DNA of 63,390 bases, counting the filler, from Octopus bimaculoides (taxonomy: Eukaryota), in the NCBI RefSeq assembly GCF_001194135.2. It is 4 parts of 3 records of this genome, joined end to end, with 100 filler letters (N's around TTAATTAATTAA, not from the genome) between each part and the next. Parts side by side here need not be neighbours in the genome. Positions count along the whole stretch, not along the records: positions 1 to 16,131 come from NC_068988.1; positions 16,232 to 38,853 come from NC_068987.1; 2 more parts are not named here. The stretch is one strand, 5' to 3'. Each line of letters begins with the position of its first letter. The first letter of the stretch is position 1. The translations under genes and the position numbers were made by a program. Shown here piece after piece: positions 12,781-26,210 of the stretch. The notes below the pieces were generated by a model that had not been told where the DNA came from, did not search any database, and saw only the letters and a program-made list of their open reading frames with translations.

Positions 12781-12959
12781 AAAAACAAAATCAAAATATC
12801 AAAATATCAAACGTAAGAACGATTTTGTCTAATTATTTCTTACAATCATCCTAAAATTGCGTCTCCTTAATTTTTCCTGCAATTATTAAACGGATGGTCA
12901 GCAGACAGAGCGAATGGAATAAAAACAAGAAGAAGAAATAGAAGAAGAGTAAGAACAAA

Positions 12960-13595
12960 GCAACAAGTAAATAAAGAGAGAGAGAGGGAGAGAGAGAGAG
13001 ATAGAGAGAGTGAGAGAGGTGAGGGAGAGAGAGGGTGTGTGTGAGAGAGAGAGGGAGAAAGAGTGGGTGAGGAAGAGAGAGAGAGAAAGATAAGGGAGAG
13101 AAACGGGAAGAGAGCGCGGGACAGAGAGCGAGAGAAAGCGATAAATATATAGAAAGAGGGAGAAAGACAGAGATAGAAAGAGAGAAAGAGAAAGAGAGAG
13201 AGGGAGAGATATATGGGTAGATAGAGAGGGAGAGAGAGAATGATGGAGGGAGAGAGACAGACATACGGAAGTAGACAGAGAAAGGGAGAGAAACACAGAC
13301 ACAGAAACAGATAGACAGACAGATAGATAGATAGAGAGAGAGAGTGAGAGACAGGGGCAGCCATACAGAGAGAGAAAGAAATAGCGAGATAAATAGATAG
13401 ATGAAGAGAAAAGCAGAAGTAGATAGTTAGAGAAGTAGATAGATAAACAGAGATAGAAAGAGAGAGAGGGAGAGAGAGAGGGAGAGAGAGAGGGCGGGAG
13501 AGGGAGAGAGAGGGAGAGAGGCGCAGACAAAGAGAGAGAGAGAGAGAGATAGAGAGAAAGAGATAGAGATAAGGAGAGAGAGACGGAGAGGAAGG

Positions 13596-13632
<37 letters not shown>

Positions 13633-13727
13633 GAGGCAGAAAGCGAGACAGAGATAAAGAGAGGGAGAGAGACACAGAAACAAAGAGAGATAGAGAGAGA
13701 GACAGGTAGATACTCATTGATAGAGAG

Positions 13728-13762
<35 letters not shown>

Positions 13763-13772
13763 NNNNNNNNNN

Positions 13773-13850
<78 letters not shown>

Positions 13851-13856
13851 CAGAGA

Positions 13857-13890
<34 letters not shown>

Positions 13891-14020
13891 AAATAAGCGT
13901 GAGGTATGTGAACAACGTTGAACTGAAATAAATAAAACTGCCAAAAAAAAAATAGGAACCAGATAAAAAAAAATAGGAACAAGCATTAAAGTAGAAGTGA
14001 AAGAAAGAAAAGACAAGAAA

Positions 14021-14058
<38 letters not shown>

Positions 14059-14140
14059 AACAAAGAATGAGAGGAGGGATGAGGGTGACTGTGCATATGT
14101 GTGTGTGTGAGAGAGAGGGAGAGAGGGAGGGAGGAGGGGT
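12960..14140. repeat. Long cryptic (GA)n/(GATA)n polypurine tract
   Basis: Direct reading; source of the Ser/Leu-rich pseudo-ORFs. Confidence 0.95.
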
Positions 14141-14355
14141 AGAGCTCCCAAATATCACGAGATTACGTTCTTCTCTGGCATTTAAAATATTTTTTTTCTC
14201 TCTAAACCCTTTAAAGTATCGGTGTTGACTGCAAAATACGTGTTTAACGGGAGGTCATTAACCCCAAGTCGTCAAAAGAAAGGGGGACAAATTCATAGAT
14301 AATTTAATAATTAGTTCTACTAATTAAAATACAATTATACTATAGGATAGCAACT

Positions 14356-15543
14356 ACGTTTCAGCACTTCGGGCGAAATGCGTATCGGCATTTCGTCCGT
14401 CTTTACGTTCTGTGTTCAAATTCCGCCAAGGTCGACTTTGACTATCATCCTTTCGGGGTCGATAAATGAAGTACCAATTGAATTCTAGGGTCAATGTAAT
14501 CGACTTATCCTCTCTTAAGAACTTGCTGGCCATGTTTTTAAAGTTTGGGGGGCCATTGTAAAAGCCGCGAGCTGGCAGAAGCGTTAGCACGCCGGGCGAA
14601 ATGCATAATGGTATTTCGTCTGTATTTACGTTAAGGGGTCGATATAATCGACTTATCCCCTCTTAAGAATTTGCTGGTCATGCGTTTGGAGCTACTGTAA
14701 AAGCCGCGAGCTGGCAGAATCGTTAGCACGCCGGACGAAATGCTTAACGGTATTTCGTCTGCCACTGCGTTCTGAGTTCAAATTCTGCCGAGGTCGACTT
14801 TGCCTTTCATCCTTTCGGGGTCGATAAATTAAGTACCAGTTACGCACTGGGGTCGATATAATCGACTTAATCCGTTTGTCTGTCCTTGTTTGTCCCCTCT
14901 GTGTGTAGCCCCTTGTGGGCAGTAAAGAAATAGATATTTCGTCTGTTTTTACGTTCAGAGTTCAAATTCCGTTGAGGTCGGCATTGCCTTTCATTCTTTC
15001 GGGATCAATACAATAAGTACCAGTCGAGCACTGAGATCGATGTAATAGATTTACCGCCCCCTGTCGAAATTGCTAGCCTTGTGCCAACATTTAGGACCAT
15101 TGTTTAGGCCATGAGCTGGCAGAATCGTTAGCTGGCCGAACAAAATGTTTAGCAGCATTTTGTCCGTCTTTACGTTAAAGAATCGTTAGCAAACTGCGCA
15201 AAAAGCTTCGCGGCATTTCGTCTGTGTTTACGTTCTGAGTTCAAATTCCAACGAGGTCGACTTTGCCTTTCATCCTTTCGGGTTTGATTAAATAAGTAGC
15301 AGTCAAATATTTGGCTTGACATAATCAAGTAACCCCTTCCGCTCAAAAATGCTGGCCCTGTTCCCAAATTTTAAGCCTTTAATAGTATTACTGTTCGGCG
15401 AGCTGGCAGAATCGTTAGCACGCCGGGCGAAATACTTAGCGGTATTTCGTCTGTCTTTACGTTCTGAGTTCAAATTCCGCTGAGGTCATCTGGCTCTCTC
15501 CCCCAAAATTTCGGGCCTTGTGCCTAGAGTAAAAAAAGAATAT
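14356..15543 (+). mobile_element. Head-to-tail array of about 7 full or partial SINE family B copies (ggcgagctggcagaatcgttagcacgccgg...ttctgagttcaaattccgccgaggtcgactttgcctttcatcctttcggggtcgata)
   Basis: Heads or bodies start near 14356, 14565, 14705, 14935, 15113, 15180 and 15397, all on the + strand. The last copy is flanked by a 13-bp direct repeat TATTACTGTTCGG (15386-98 / 15544-56). Confidence 0.9.
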
Positions 15544-16131
15544 TATTACTGTTCGGATCTAAGTCCGGTGAGTTACGATGGATGGATGCATGTCCTGCTA
15601 AAATTGATAAAAGCTAATTACGCCATAGATTAAAAAAAATCTATTCTATAGTTTTCAGAGGAAAAGGGGCAGTTTTTTGAAGGGTCTTCCACAATTGGGA
15701 AAGGAGAAGAAGGAGCTACATTTCAGTGATTGCTTTTGTTGAAAGGGACACATGAAAATATCGTGTAGCTCTCGACTAAGGACAAAGAGTTCTCATACTT
15801 ACAATGGCAATGATGAATGGTGTTCGACTGAATAACGGATTAGATCTACTATGCAAAGACACATATAATCCGGAGGGCTTCTGAATAGTTACCAACTGTC
15901 CTATTTCGCTGACAGGGTTTAGGTCGACTCCATGTACCGTGAAGAGGGCTCGAACTCGGAAACTTCGTCATTGCCAAGTGAGCCTTTAAACCAACATGCA
16001 CATGGTTACATGCATGAAACGATCGAATGGCGTAATGGAAGAAAGAAGAAAATGAAATATAAATACAAAGATAAATAAAGGGACTGGCTAAATGAAAGAG
16101 AAGAAAAGATAAAGAGATGGACATATATATA

Positions 16132-16231
16132 NNNNNNNNNNNNNNNNNNNNNNNNNNNNNNNNNNNNNNNNNNNNTTAATTAATTAANNNNNNNNNNNNN
16201 NNNNNNNNNNNNNNNNNNNNNNNNNNNNNNN
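16132..16231. other. Artificial scaffold-join spacer N44-TTAATTAATTAA-N44
   Basis: Exactly 100 bp. The palindromic 12-mer at 16176-87 has TAA in all six frames. The identical construct recurs twice more. Confidence 0.92.
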
Positions 16232-16262
<31 letters not shown>

Positions 16263-16718
16263 CAGACTGATAGATAGATAGATTGATTGATACAAACAGT
16301 GATGAACATTGCACTGCCGTTTAGTTAAGGAATTAAAAAACTTTATTAATTCTTAATGTGGTGTCATGGATTTATTTCTCTCCTCATTTATAATAATATA
16401 GAAAATTTTGGTGAATACGGAAAATTCTCTGAAGAGTTTAGATTGCGTTTAGATGTCCAAAACAGTTGCACTTGGTCGCTTTACAGGGTCATCTTGTGTA
16501 TATGCTTTTCTCCCTGTATGTGTGTTTATGTGTGGGTATGTGTGAGAGTGTTTGTGTGCTTTGCGTGTGTATATGTGTGTGTGTGACTGTCCGTGTAGGT
16601 GTGTTCTTGTGTGTATATATTAGGAAAGAGCAACTTGGAGAGATAAAGAGAGATAAAGTGTGAGAAAGTTAGAGTTATATATAGAGACAGAGAGAAGGAA
16701 AGAAAGAGAGAAAGAGAG

Positions 16719-16760
<42 letters not shown>

Positions 16761-17692
16761 AAAGAGAGGGATAGAAAGGTGATTATACATACATATCTAG
16801 GTACAGACATATATGTAGATAGATAACTAGATACATGCATACATAAATACAAATATACATATATACCTACATGCATAGATAAGCAGACAGGCATACAGAC
16901 AGACAGGCAGACAGACAAATAGATAAATATGCAGGAAGATAGGTTGGAAGATAGATAGAGAGATAGATAAACACACTGTTATCCAGACAATTAGACGCAA
17001 AATCAATCGTAGAGAGATTTATAGATATACAGAACAGCGAATAAAGAACCAGATATTAGCAGCGTCTGAAAAGCCATTAAAACTCGTAATGGCAGACGGG
17101 CTCATTATCATGCAGGTACTTAACGTCCTCCTCTATTGAATTAGACAATTACGCATGTACTCACTATCGCATACATATGGCGAACTAACCTCTCTTGAAG
17201 ACATACAAAATAAATTGTGTCTTCATATTCACCGTATATATATATATATATATATNNNNNNNNNNNNNNNNNNNNNNNNNNNNNNNNNNNNNNNNNNNNN
17301 NNNNNNNNNNNNNNNNNNNNNNNNNNNNNNNNNNNNNNNNNNNNNNNNNNNNNNNNNNNNNNNNNNNNNNNNNNNNNNNNNNNNNNNNNNNNNNNNNNNN
17401 NNNNNNNNNNNNNNNNNNNNNNNNNNNNNNNNNNNNNNNNNNNNNNNNNNNNNNNNNNNNNNNNNNNNNNNNNNNNNNNNNNNNNNNNNNNNNNNNNNNN
17501 NNNNNNNNNNNNNNNNNNNNNNNNNNNNNNNNNNNNNNNNNNNNNNNNNNNNNNNNNNNNNNNNNNNNNNNNNNNNNNNNNNNNNNNNNNNNNNNNNNNN
17601 NNNNNNNNNNNNNNNNNNNNNNNNNNNNNNNNNNNNNNNNNNNNNNNNNNNNNNNNNNNNNNNNNNNNNNNNNNNNNNNNNNNNNNNNNNNN

Positions 17693-17727
<35 letters not shown>

Positions 17728-18520
17728 ATATATGTGTATACACACACACATATATATATATATATTGATATGTGACTATAAACATATATGCGTATATATA
17801 TACATATATATCTGTATTTATGTATCCTTATGTGTGCGTACACATACTTATTTCAATGTATCTATCTGTCAATACACACATACACATACCCAAGCACCCA
17901 CACAAACACGCACACATACATGAATATGTTTTAATATGTTCATGTACATAGGATCCGAGACACATATGTGTACATAGGCACACACACATATATATACACA
18001 TAAATACAGGAAGAATCGAGATAGATGGAATGGGAAGGGAGAAAAGTGATTTATTGTTAATTTCTATATGCATTCTCTATATATAGGCAAAGCAGAATAT
18101 TATTTAGAATGTTCGATCAAAATATGCACTCCGAATATTACATTATAAATATGTGTCTGTGAATGTGTGTGTGATTTTGTGTGTGTACAGGTGTGTCTTC
18201 GGGTTAGTGTCAGCGTGTATGATTTTGCGTTAGTTATTTTTTTTTCTTGCTGTCCACATATATAAACTCGTATATTCGGATATAGGTCCTCTTTTGCAGT
18301 CTGCTTCACACAAGGAGCACACAGGTTCTCGTTTATAAAACAGAAAGATTTACGGCCACGTTCACCACTAGCACGCAGTGGCACACGAAACCATAGACAC
18401 ACGCACAACGTTCTCTCCTTGTTTCTTTCTGTGTTCCTTTCTGTGGAAGATCGTAGGGTCGAAACGCTAAAAACATTTTTACTTCTCGAGCGTGTATATA
18501 TATATATATATATATATATG

Positions 18521-18683
18521 CGACGGGCTTCTTTCAGTTTCCGTCTACAAAATCCACTCAAAAGATCTTGGTTCACCCGACGCTACAGTGGTAGACACCT
18601 TCTGAAGGTGCCACACAGTGGGACTGAACTCAGAATCATGTGGTTGGGAAGCAAGCTTCTTACAACACAGCCACGCTTGCGCC
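18521..18683 (-). mobile_element. SINE family A, 5' half
   Basis: cgacgggcttctttcagtttccgtctac...ggtgccacacagtgggactgaactcagaatcatgtggttgggaagcaagcttcttacaacacagccac. Confidence 0.85.
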
Positions 18684-19737
18684 AACACTCACACACACAT
18701 AAATATGTGTGTGTGTGTGTACATGCGCACGCATACACGCACAAATACACATCTATACGAATACATATATATTCACAAACATTGTCATACACATATATAC
18801 AAAGACATATCGTATACTTAATATACTTAGACATAAACATACGTATCCGTCATGCATGTATACACACACACTTATATATTTATATACATTCCATGCAAAC
18901 TTACATTATATCCATACATTCACACTTACATTAAATCCACACATCGAATGATCGCCATAATCACGTATGTTGCACGCTGTTATGTCTACGAAGCACGGAA
19001 CTCTAAACAGATCTACAGATGGTCCTGTAGGCAAGAAAGCCAACAGCACGCTTCAATCCCAAGTGACAAACAACTTGCGTTTGGTTCCTGCTTTAATACT
19101 ACTTTCCTAGATATCTAAGCCCGCCTGTTAATATCCCCTGTGTCACGTGTCAAACAACACCGAATTTAACCTGCCTACACCGTGTGGTGTCCATCCATTC
19201 GTCACATCACCCCTATTCTTCCAGCCATCCCACGTTTTATATCACGTTCATGCGAACAGCCATCCTTTTATCTACAGCATCAAACTATCTATTATTTACT
19301 TCCTTATCAAACTCTCTTCATCCACCCATTAAAAATCCAACTAACCAATCCTCCCTCTACCTATGTCTCTTCCTAGCTCTACCTCTTTACCTCCTTCCCT
19401 CTACATATATATATATATAAATAAATATTTTATCTATGCATTCATGTATGTGTGTGTGCATATACATGCATGTATTTGTACTTACATGCAAGTGTATATG
19501 AATACGATCTTCTATGTATGTATATATGCATGTATACATATGGATGTGTTAGTAAAAGTATAGGTGATACATTTATTAGTATGTATACGCAGATACTTGT
19601 ATGTGTCTAAATCTCGTCTCTTTTTATCTCTCTCCTTTTTATCCGTCTTTCCATCTATCTCACTGTCTGTTTATTTGTCTGTCATTCTGTCCTTCTATTT
19701 CACTATATGTGCGCGTGCATGTGTGTGCCTGTGTGTG

Positions 19738-19782
<45 letters not shown>

Positions 19783-20886
19783 TTATATCGACGGGGAAAT
19801 AGATAGATGGTACATACATATATGATATCTATATGCTTGCGTATGAGTGTATGTGTATGTATGAGTGTGAATAAACATGTTTACAGTGTCAGGATAAAAT
19901 GCATTGGATCTGCAACATCTCCCCTCCCGTGCAGGGAATTGCTGTCATCTACCGAGACCCCATCTCGAAGTAACAGCCAAAGGCTTCTAAGATTAATTAC
20001 CGAGTCATAACTATTCTCTATTTTATTATGAGTAATTTAGTAATGTTGTTATATCTATTGCTCATGTGCTTTCTTTTTTCTTCCACATCAGTTTCCTGAA
20101 GTATTTTAGGAAGGGTTTTAAACATTTCCGAGATTTGCCACAATCTCTTACAATCAATCATAAGACATTTTCACACAAAACTGGCGTCAACGAATCCATT
20201 TTGTATCTTCTTTACGCTGTAAGATCTTTCAAGTTTTAAGAAACTTTATCAGGGGGAAAAAAAAAGAAAAGCAGTTACTGAGTTCGTCCAGTTTGGTGCA
20301 TAAAAACTCCATCACTGATTGTTTTTCATTTCATTTTTCCTATACATTTGTGGCTTGTAATTTTGAGAAACTCCAAGTTGACTTACTTTCAAGTAAAGCA
20401 TAAATATAATTGCCGTGACCTATACTTGTAAGATATGAAAATATGATAGCGAGCGACAAGAATTTGTAGAAAAAAGCGACAACTGCACAAAACATTTTAA
20501 CTAGATTTCATGCGGAGAATATTACAGACAATATGAAGGAAATGTTTTCCCCAGAAACACAATATTAAATTACTGCAGGATTCAAATTTTCCTCGCATGT
20601 TTTATTAATCAAGAAATAATTTCATTTGCTTCCAAAGAAACAAATGTAACCTATCCTGATCTAAGAAATATGATGTCACGGGTAAGAATCAAAATGATTT
20701 CGCTCGCACATTATGTATGTATGTATGTACTGTGTATGTGTGTGTATGTATGTATGTATGTGTGTGTATGTATGTATGTATGTATGTGTCTGTGTGTATA
20801 TATGTGTGTGTATGTATGTATGTATGTATGCATATATATATACATACATATATATATTATTTATGTTTATATATATATAGAGAGAG

Positions 20887-20929
<43 letters not shown>

Positions 20930-22417
20930 CGCGCGCGCATGCTTCTCCTTCCATAAATACGTATAGAATACTTCACCGTATGTCTAATTTCCGATATTAG
21001 ATCTATGCAATAGAGTACCAAAAAATGCACCCCGAATGATCCACTACCGTTAGGCAGCCAAAAGCGCTAGGAATAACCAATAGTGAGTTCCAAATATCTG
21101 CAATGGAGAAACGTACATAAGGACTAAATATTTCCCTGCGGTTATTTCTTAAATTCCCTCTATGTATATTTGTTTGTCATTACCTTTGTGTTTTCATTGA
21201 TCCATTTGTTAATATTAAATTTGTTCTGTTTCATCTCATCTCTTAACTTGCACCGACCTATTCCATCCTTTGCTTTTTCCTCATGTCCCGAAGAGAGGTC
21301 ATAGACGCGAAATAGAGAAATATAAGGTTAATCTCCAACCCTGATTTGTTTTGTTTTCTTTTTGTAGTTTACTTTATATCTTCGCGCATTGTTCCGAACT
21401 TACACATATATATTTTTAATGTGTTTGTGTATATATCCGTTTTATGAGGTGCTTGCGATATTAAGTGGAGGCTGCCTTCGTTGTTTGACGATTACTTTTC
21501 TTTCTGGCGAAGTTTACCTATTTTAAAATTTTCTCTTTAGCCATGTCTTGCGTCAACGGCCTTGAAATGAAACGCCAACCATTACAGCATAATTTTCGTT
21601 CTTGTCTTTCTCTCTCTCATTTCTTACTCCTTTACTCACTCTTTCTGTCTCGTTCTTTTCTTTTCACTAGATCTCTCTCTCTCTTTCGAATACACATATA
21701 TTTTCCTTCCTTTAATATATTTATGACTCACATACCTAAATGGAGAAGGCAGCCGTAAACTGAATCAAACCCATCCAGGTGTGCTTAAATGATATATTTT
21801 TATTATTTGCATTTATTTATCTATTTGCGAAGAATTCTAATAAAATATCATTCTTCCAGTGGAATGAATTTTGATGCATTTAGGTGAAAATTGAAGTGGA
21901 AATTCTAGATTGTGACAACATAAAAAAAAAGATCCTATATATATATATATATATCTGGATCCTAAAGTTTAATATGAGAACAAACATGAATGTGTTGCTA
22001 ATAAGCTCGTTACGCAACAGCTTGGATCAACGTTGGATTTCACTGCGCGGCCGATTGGGCATATATCTTCTATTATGGTGTGGTTACCAAAGACTTTTGT
22101 ATGAAATCTACTAGACGGAAACTGCCGGGAAGCTTGTGTGTATGCATGTAAGCGTGTGTGTTCATGGCAAATCGGCGAGTCCAAAAGCAATGATATGCAT
22201 TAACTTCTGGCACTTCTTTTTGAGAAAATATATGTATGTAGTGTAGTCTCACGTACACCGAGAAAGATGGTTTCTCCATTCTTTACTGAAAATCTGCAGA
22301 AATGTGTTGTTTATAGTAATAAAATATTTGTGCTGTATTATACGGACAAGAAAGTAGTATTTCGAATGCACAATAGCCGTGAATACAGTATAAATTTGGG
22401 GTATCGTACCCTTATGA

Positions 22418-22812
22418 GACGGAGAGTGGCTGTGTAGTAAGTAGCTCGCTTACGAACCATATGGTTCTGGGTTCAGTTGCACTGCGTGGCACATTGGGCA
22501 AGTGTCTTCTACTATAGCCTCGGTCCGATTAAAGCCTTGTGAGTGGATTTAGTAGACGGAAACTGAAAGAAGCCCATCGTATATATGTATGTGTTTGTAA
22601 ATGTTTGTGTATCTGTATTTTTCCCCCAACATTGCTTCACAACCGATGCTGGTGTGTTTACGTCCCCGTAGCATAGCGGTTCGGCAAAAGAGACCGATAT
22701 AATAAGTACTAGGCTTACGAAGAATAAGTCCCGGGGTCGACAAGTTCGACTAAAGGTGGTGCTCCAGCATGGCCACAGTCAAAAGACTGAAGCAAGTAAA
22801 AGAGTAAAGAGT
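22418..22812 (+). mobile_element. SINE family A, near full length (~395 bp)
   Basis: Head tggctgtgtagtaag...ggttcagttgcactgcgtggcacattgggcaagtgtcttc, central (TG)n, then caaccgatgctggtgtgtttacgtccccg...ggccacagtcaaaagactgaagcaagtaaaagagtaaag. Confidence 0.92.
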
Positions 22813-23071
22813 AGACAGCCACGGGACTCGAACACGAGACTCAGAATATGAAACACATTGACGCTCCTCGCCCCAAAGAAGTTTGTGTACATATTTTTGT
22901 TGTACACTAGCTCATCCTCTCCAAAGGATACACGTTGGTGATCATCTGCACGGCGTGCTACACATCGGCTGTGAAGGAGACCGCAGAGCTACGTCAGGTG
23001 AACATTTTTTTTTATTAAACAGGAACACAACTCAGAGTCTGGTCCAGGAGTTTAAGTCACCCGTGAATATA

Positions 23072-23122
<51 letters not shown>

Positions 23123-25294
23123 TAGAGAATCTGCTGTTGAGTACATAGCTACCTAGAACGCATGAAGATATTGCCACGGTATAGACGCTGTCCAGTGACA
23201 GAAACCAACAGGAAAATAAAAGTACGCGAAACCACATTCTTACGATCTTACCTATATATTAGTTTAAATTATACAACTTTATTAATATTGTCTTGTGCAA
23301 AGGACAGTAAAATAGTTAGGAAACCACGGGGATTTGAAATTCTTGATCGTAAATTAGTGCAGATTATAAGAGGTTCCCGACCGCCAATGTCCAGAAAGTT
23401 CATGTTGTGCCTTTAATATAGTCGAGGACTGTTGTGACTGAAATGAATAAAAAATTATATGAATTTAAACCAAGCATCAAATCGAAACCAGTGTTTTATT
23501 TTATTTATTTATTTATTTTTTTCATCTCACCTTTCTTTATTACTTTATATAGCACTTGCTATTAAGATAAACCAAATGTCACAGATATCACACGTATTGG
23601 AAGAAGAGATAAAAATGAAGAGAAAGCAAAAAAAATAAAATTAAATCGAATCAAATCAGACAGAAAATCAAAGCGAAACTATATAAAGAAAGAGACACAA
23701 ATGACAGATTCAGCATCACCAGCTTTGTGATTGTTGGCAATGATGTAGACAATTTTATGTGCTGTTTCCTTCTTAACTTTTCATCACTTTTTGATAACAA
23801 AATGTCACCTATGATCTTATTCAAGTTTATGATTTTACTTTTTTATATAAAGTTCTCTTTTTATTTCTTTATCGTGAAATAATATTTCAGAAGTATTCTA
23901 TGAACTTTGACAATTTTTAGTTCATGTTTTTATTAATGTCAAATATTTTGTTTAGCGATCGCACAGCAAGTTATTTCTAAGTTTCTGCTTTAGAGTAACT
24001 ATTATGCTTTATTTTTATTTATCTTAAAATTACAGGACAATTCAGTGATCACAGGTATCCATCTACGGGTTATTACTAGAAGTAATGGTTTATTTAGAAG
24101 GCGGAGACAGTCGACTTTATCAGAAATTATATACGAATCGTAAATATTTTATTAACCTCAGAAGGATAAAATGTAAGGCTCCACACAGGAAACTAAATAC
24201 TGCAGCTTATTTAATTCTGTTCTAAAATATACTGTTATTCATCTCCTTATTTTATAAAAAAATCGAACATTGGCTCAAAGTCAAAAATTTAGTGATAGGA
24301 GTGTAGCTGATTAAAGTAACCCAGTCCTTCATTGGTACTTTTATTCCTTCGAACTTGGGTGCCCCCATCACAACTACTGCAGGATCAGCTTCTGAAGAGG
24401 TGTGTTACGTACAATTTAGACCAGCAATTTAACTCCAATCAATATTTTAAACATGCGACATAAAGCGTCATATGCCATTTTGCGCATTCCCCCTTACTCC
24501 AGTTTTTAATTAAAATCGCTACTAGAGCAATCTCTGAAACAAACAAGGCCACAGGTACTTGATAAAATACAGGTAAGGACATTCTCCTCTTTCACACATC
24601 TGAGTATTTTTGGCTTAAGGAATACTTGCACATACCATCTGGCCATTGTCCACGATGTTTATCAGCTAATTTACCTGCAGCCCTCTTTTAGATAACAAAA
24701 TGAACTTCTACGCCATGCATTTTGGTGGAAATTTCTTTATATTTTTATAATCTCTATCCATGTTTTTTATTGCACCTTCATTAATATTTTATTATTCTTA
24801 TGCTACTCCTTTGAATTATTCAGTGTTACATGTTTGTGAGCATAACCCGAAAAACGAGACGCATTTTGCTCCTTAAACAAGAATTTAGAACTTAGTATTT
24901 TCACAAAAGAGAAAAACTAAATGAAAGAAGTGACTACTGAGATGGAATTGTTCGACTAAACACTCCAAAGCAGTACTCAAACATGGTCACGATCCTATAA
25001 CTGGCGTCAGTAAAAGGTAATATCTATGTGTACATGCTTATTTGCAAATATGTATGCGTGTCTGGATGCATACGCATGTACATACACACACAGACATATA
25101 TGTATGTATACAAATATTCATGTATACATACACACGCGCGCGCATGCACGCACACACGTATGTAGGTGTTTTTGTATACATATATATAAACACACACACA
25201 CACATATATATATGTCGTATGTATGTATATGTATATGTGTATATATATATATATATGTGTGCGTGTGTGTGTGTGTGTGTGTAAGTGTCTTTCT

Positions 25295-25495
25295 GCTGTG
25301 TTTGTCTTCCATCACATGTTGACAACCAGTGCTGGTGTGTTTATGTTCTCGTACCTCAGCAGATCGGCAAAGGGACAGATTGAATACGCATCAGGCTAAA
25401 AATAAGTAATAGGGGCGATTTACTCGATTATAATTATTCAAGTCGGTAACCCAGAATGGCTGCAGTCTAATTACTAAAAGAATAAAAAGATCAAA
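25295..25495 (+). mobile_element. SINE family A-related 3' half, diverged
   Basis: ttgacaaccagtgctggtgtgtttatg...atggctgcagtctaattactaaaagaataaaaag. Confidence 0.65.
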
Positions 25496-25791
25496 GATAC
25501 CTACCTACCTAATACTAGAAGCAAATATACCAAAAAACGCTCACATACATACACACACACATACAAACACACACACATACACGTATATATGGTGGAATAT
25601 ACTGTCATCATTTTCGGGAATGCAAAAGATAGCACATACTCATTAGTGTAGGATACAATATATTCCAATATCTGTCTTTGTGAATCACTAACTTAACCTT
25701 TGCTTTGACGGTAATTAACCGACAGGCAGGATGAGTATATGAATATTTCATTAAGTTTATATCTGTTATATATTATTCCGTCATCGTATGG

Positions 25792-26210
25792 GGGCGAGCT
25801 GGCAGAATTGTCAGCGGACGGGCAAAATGCTTAGCGGCATTTTGTCCATTTTTACTGATGAAACTGATCGCTGAAGGTCACTATAATAGAATTGACTCAT
25901 CCTCCAAAATTGTTGGACTTGTGTTAAAATTTGAAAAGAATATTCTAGCGTCTCACATGGAAAATGTCTGGCGGAAATACAGACGAAAGATACGAGAATA
26001 TTACACCTAATATAATGGTTTCGAGGCCAGCTATTTTGAGGGTTAGGGGAAAGTCGATTACATCGTCCGCAGTCCTTAATTACTTCTTATTTTGCCAACA
26101 CCAAAATAATGAAAGAAGACGACTACGATGGAATTCGAACTGAGAACGTAATGATGGACAAAAAGCAACGAAGCACATCGCCCAGTATGTTAACGATACT
26201 GTCAGCTTGT
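25792..26210. mobile_element. Two degenerate SINE family B copies in opposite orientation (+ ~25792-25935; - ~26035-26210)
   Basis: ggggcgagctggcagaattgtcagc... on the + strand; ggaattcgaactgagaacgta...gttaacgatactgtcagcttgtgcc is the reverse complement of the head. Confidence 0.65.

Noticed and set aside
15560-15840. Faint Tc1 transposase resemblance (IAFVE…KYRVAL…NGNDEW)
   Set aside because: Needs several assumed frameshifts, and no TIRs were found.
15925-15972. Hammerhead-like tgaagag…ggaaacttcgtca
   Set aside because: Core C3 is missing, the stem II register does not fit GAAA, and there is no stem I.
16176-16187. TTAATTAATTAA as a homeodomain or PacI regulatory motif
   Set aside because: Centred in exactly 44+44 Ns three times, so it is an assembly linker.
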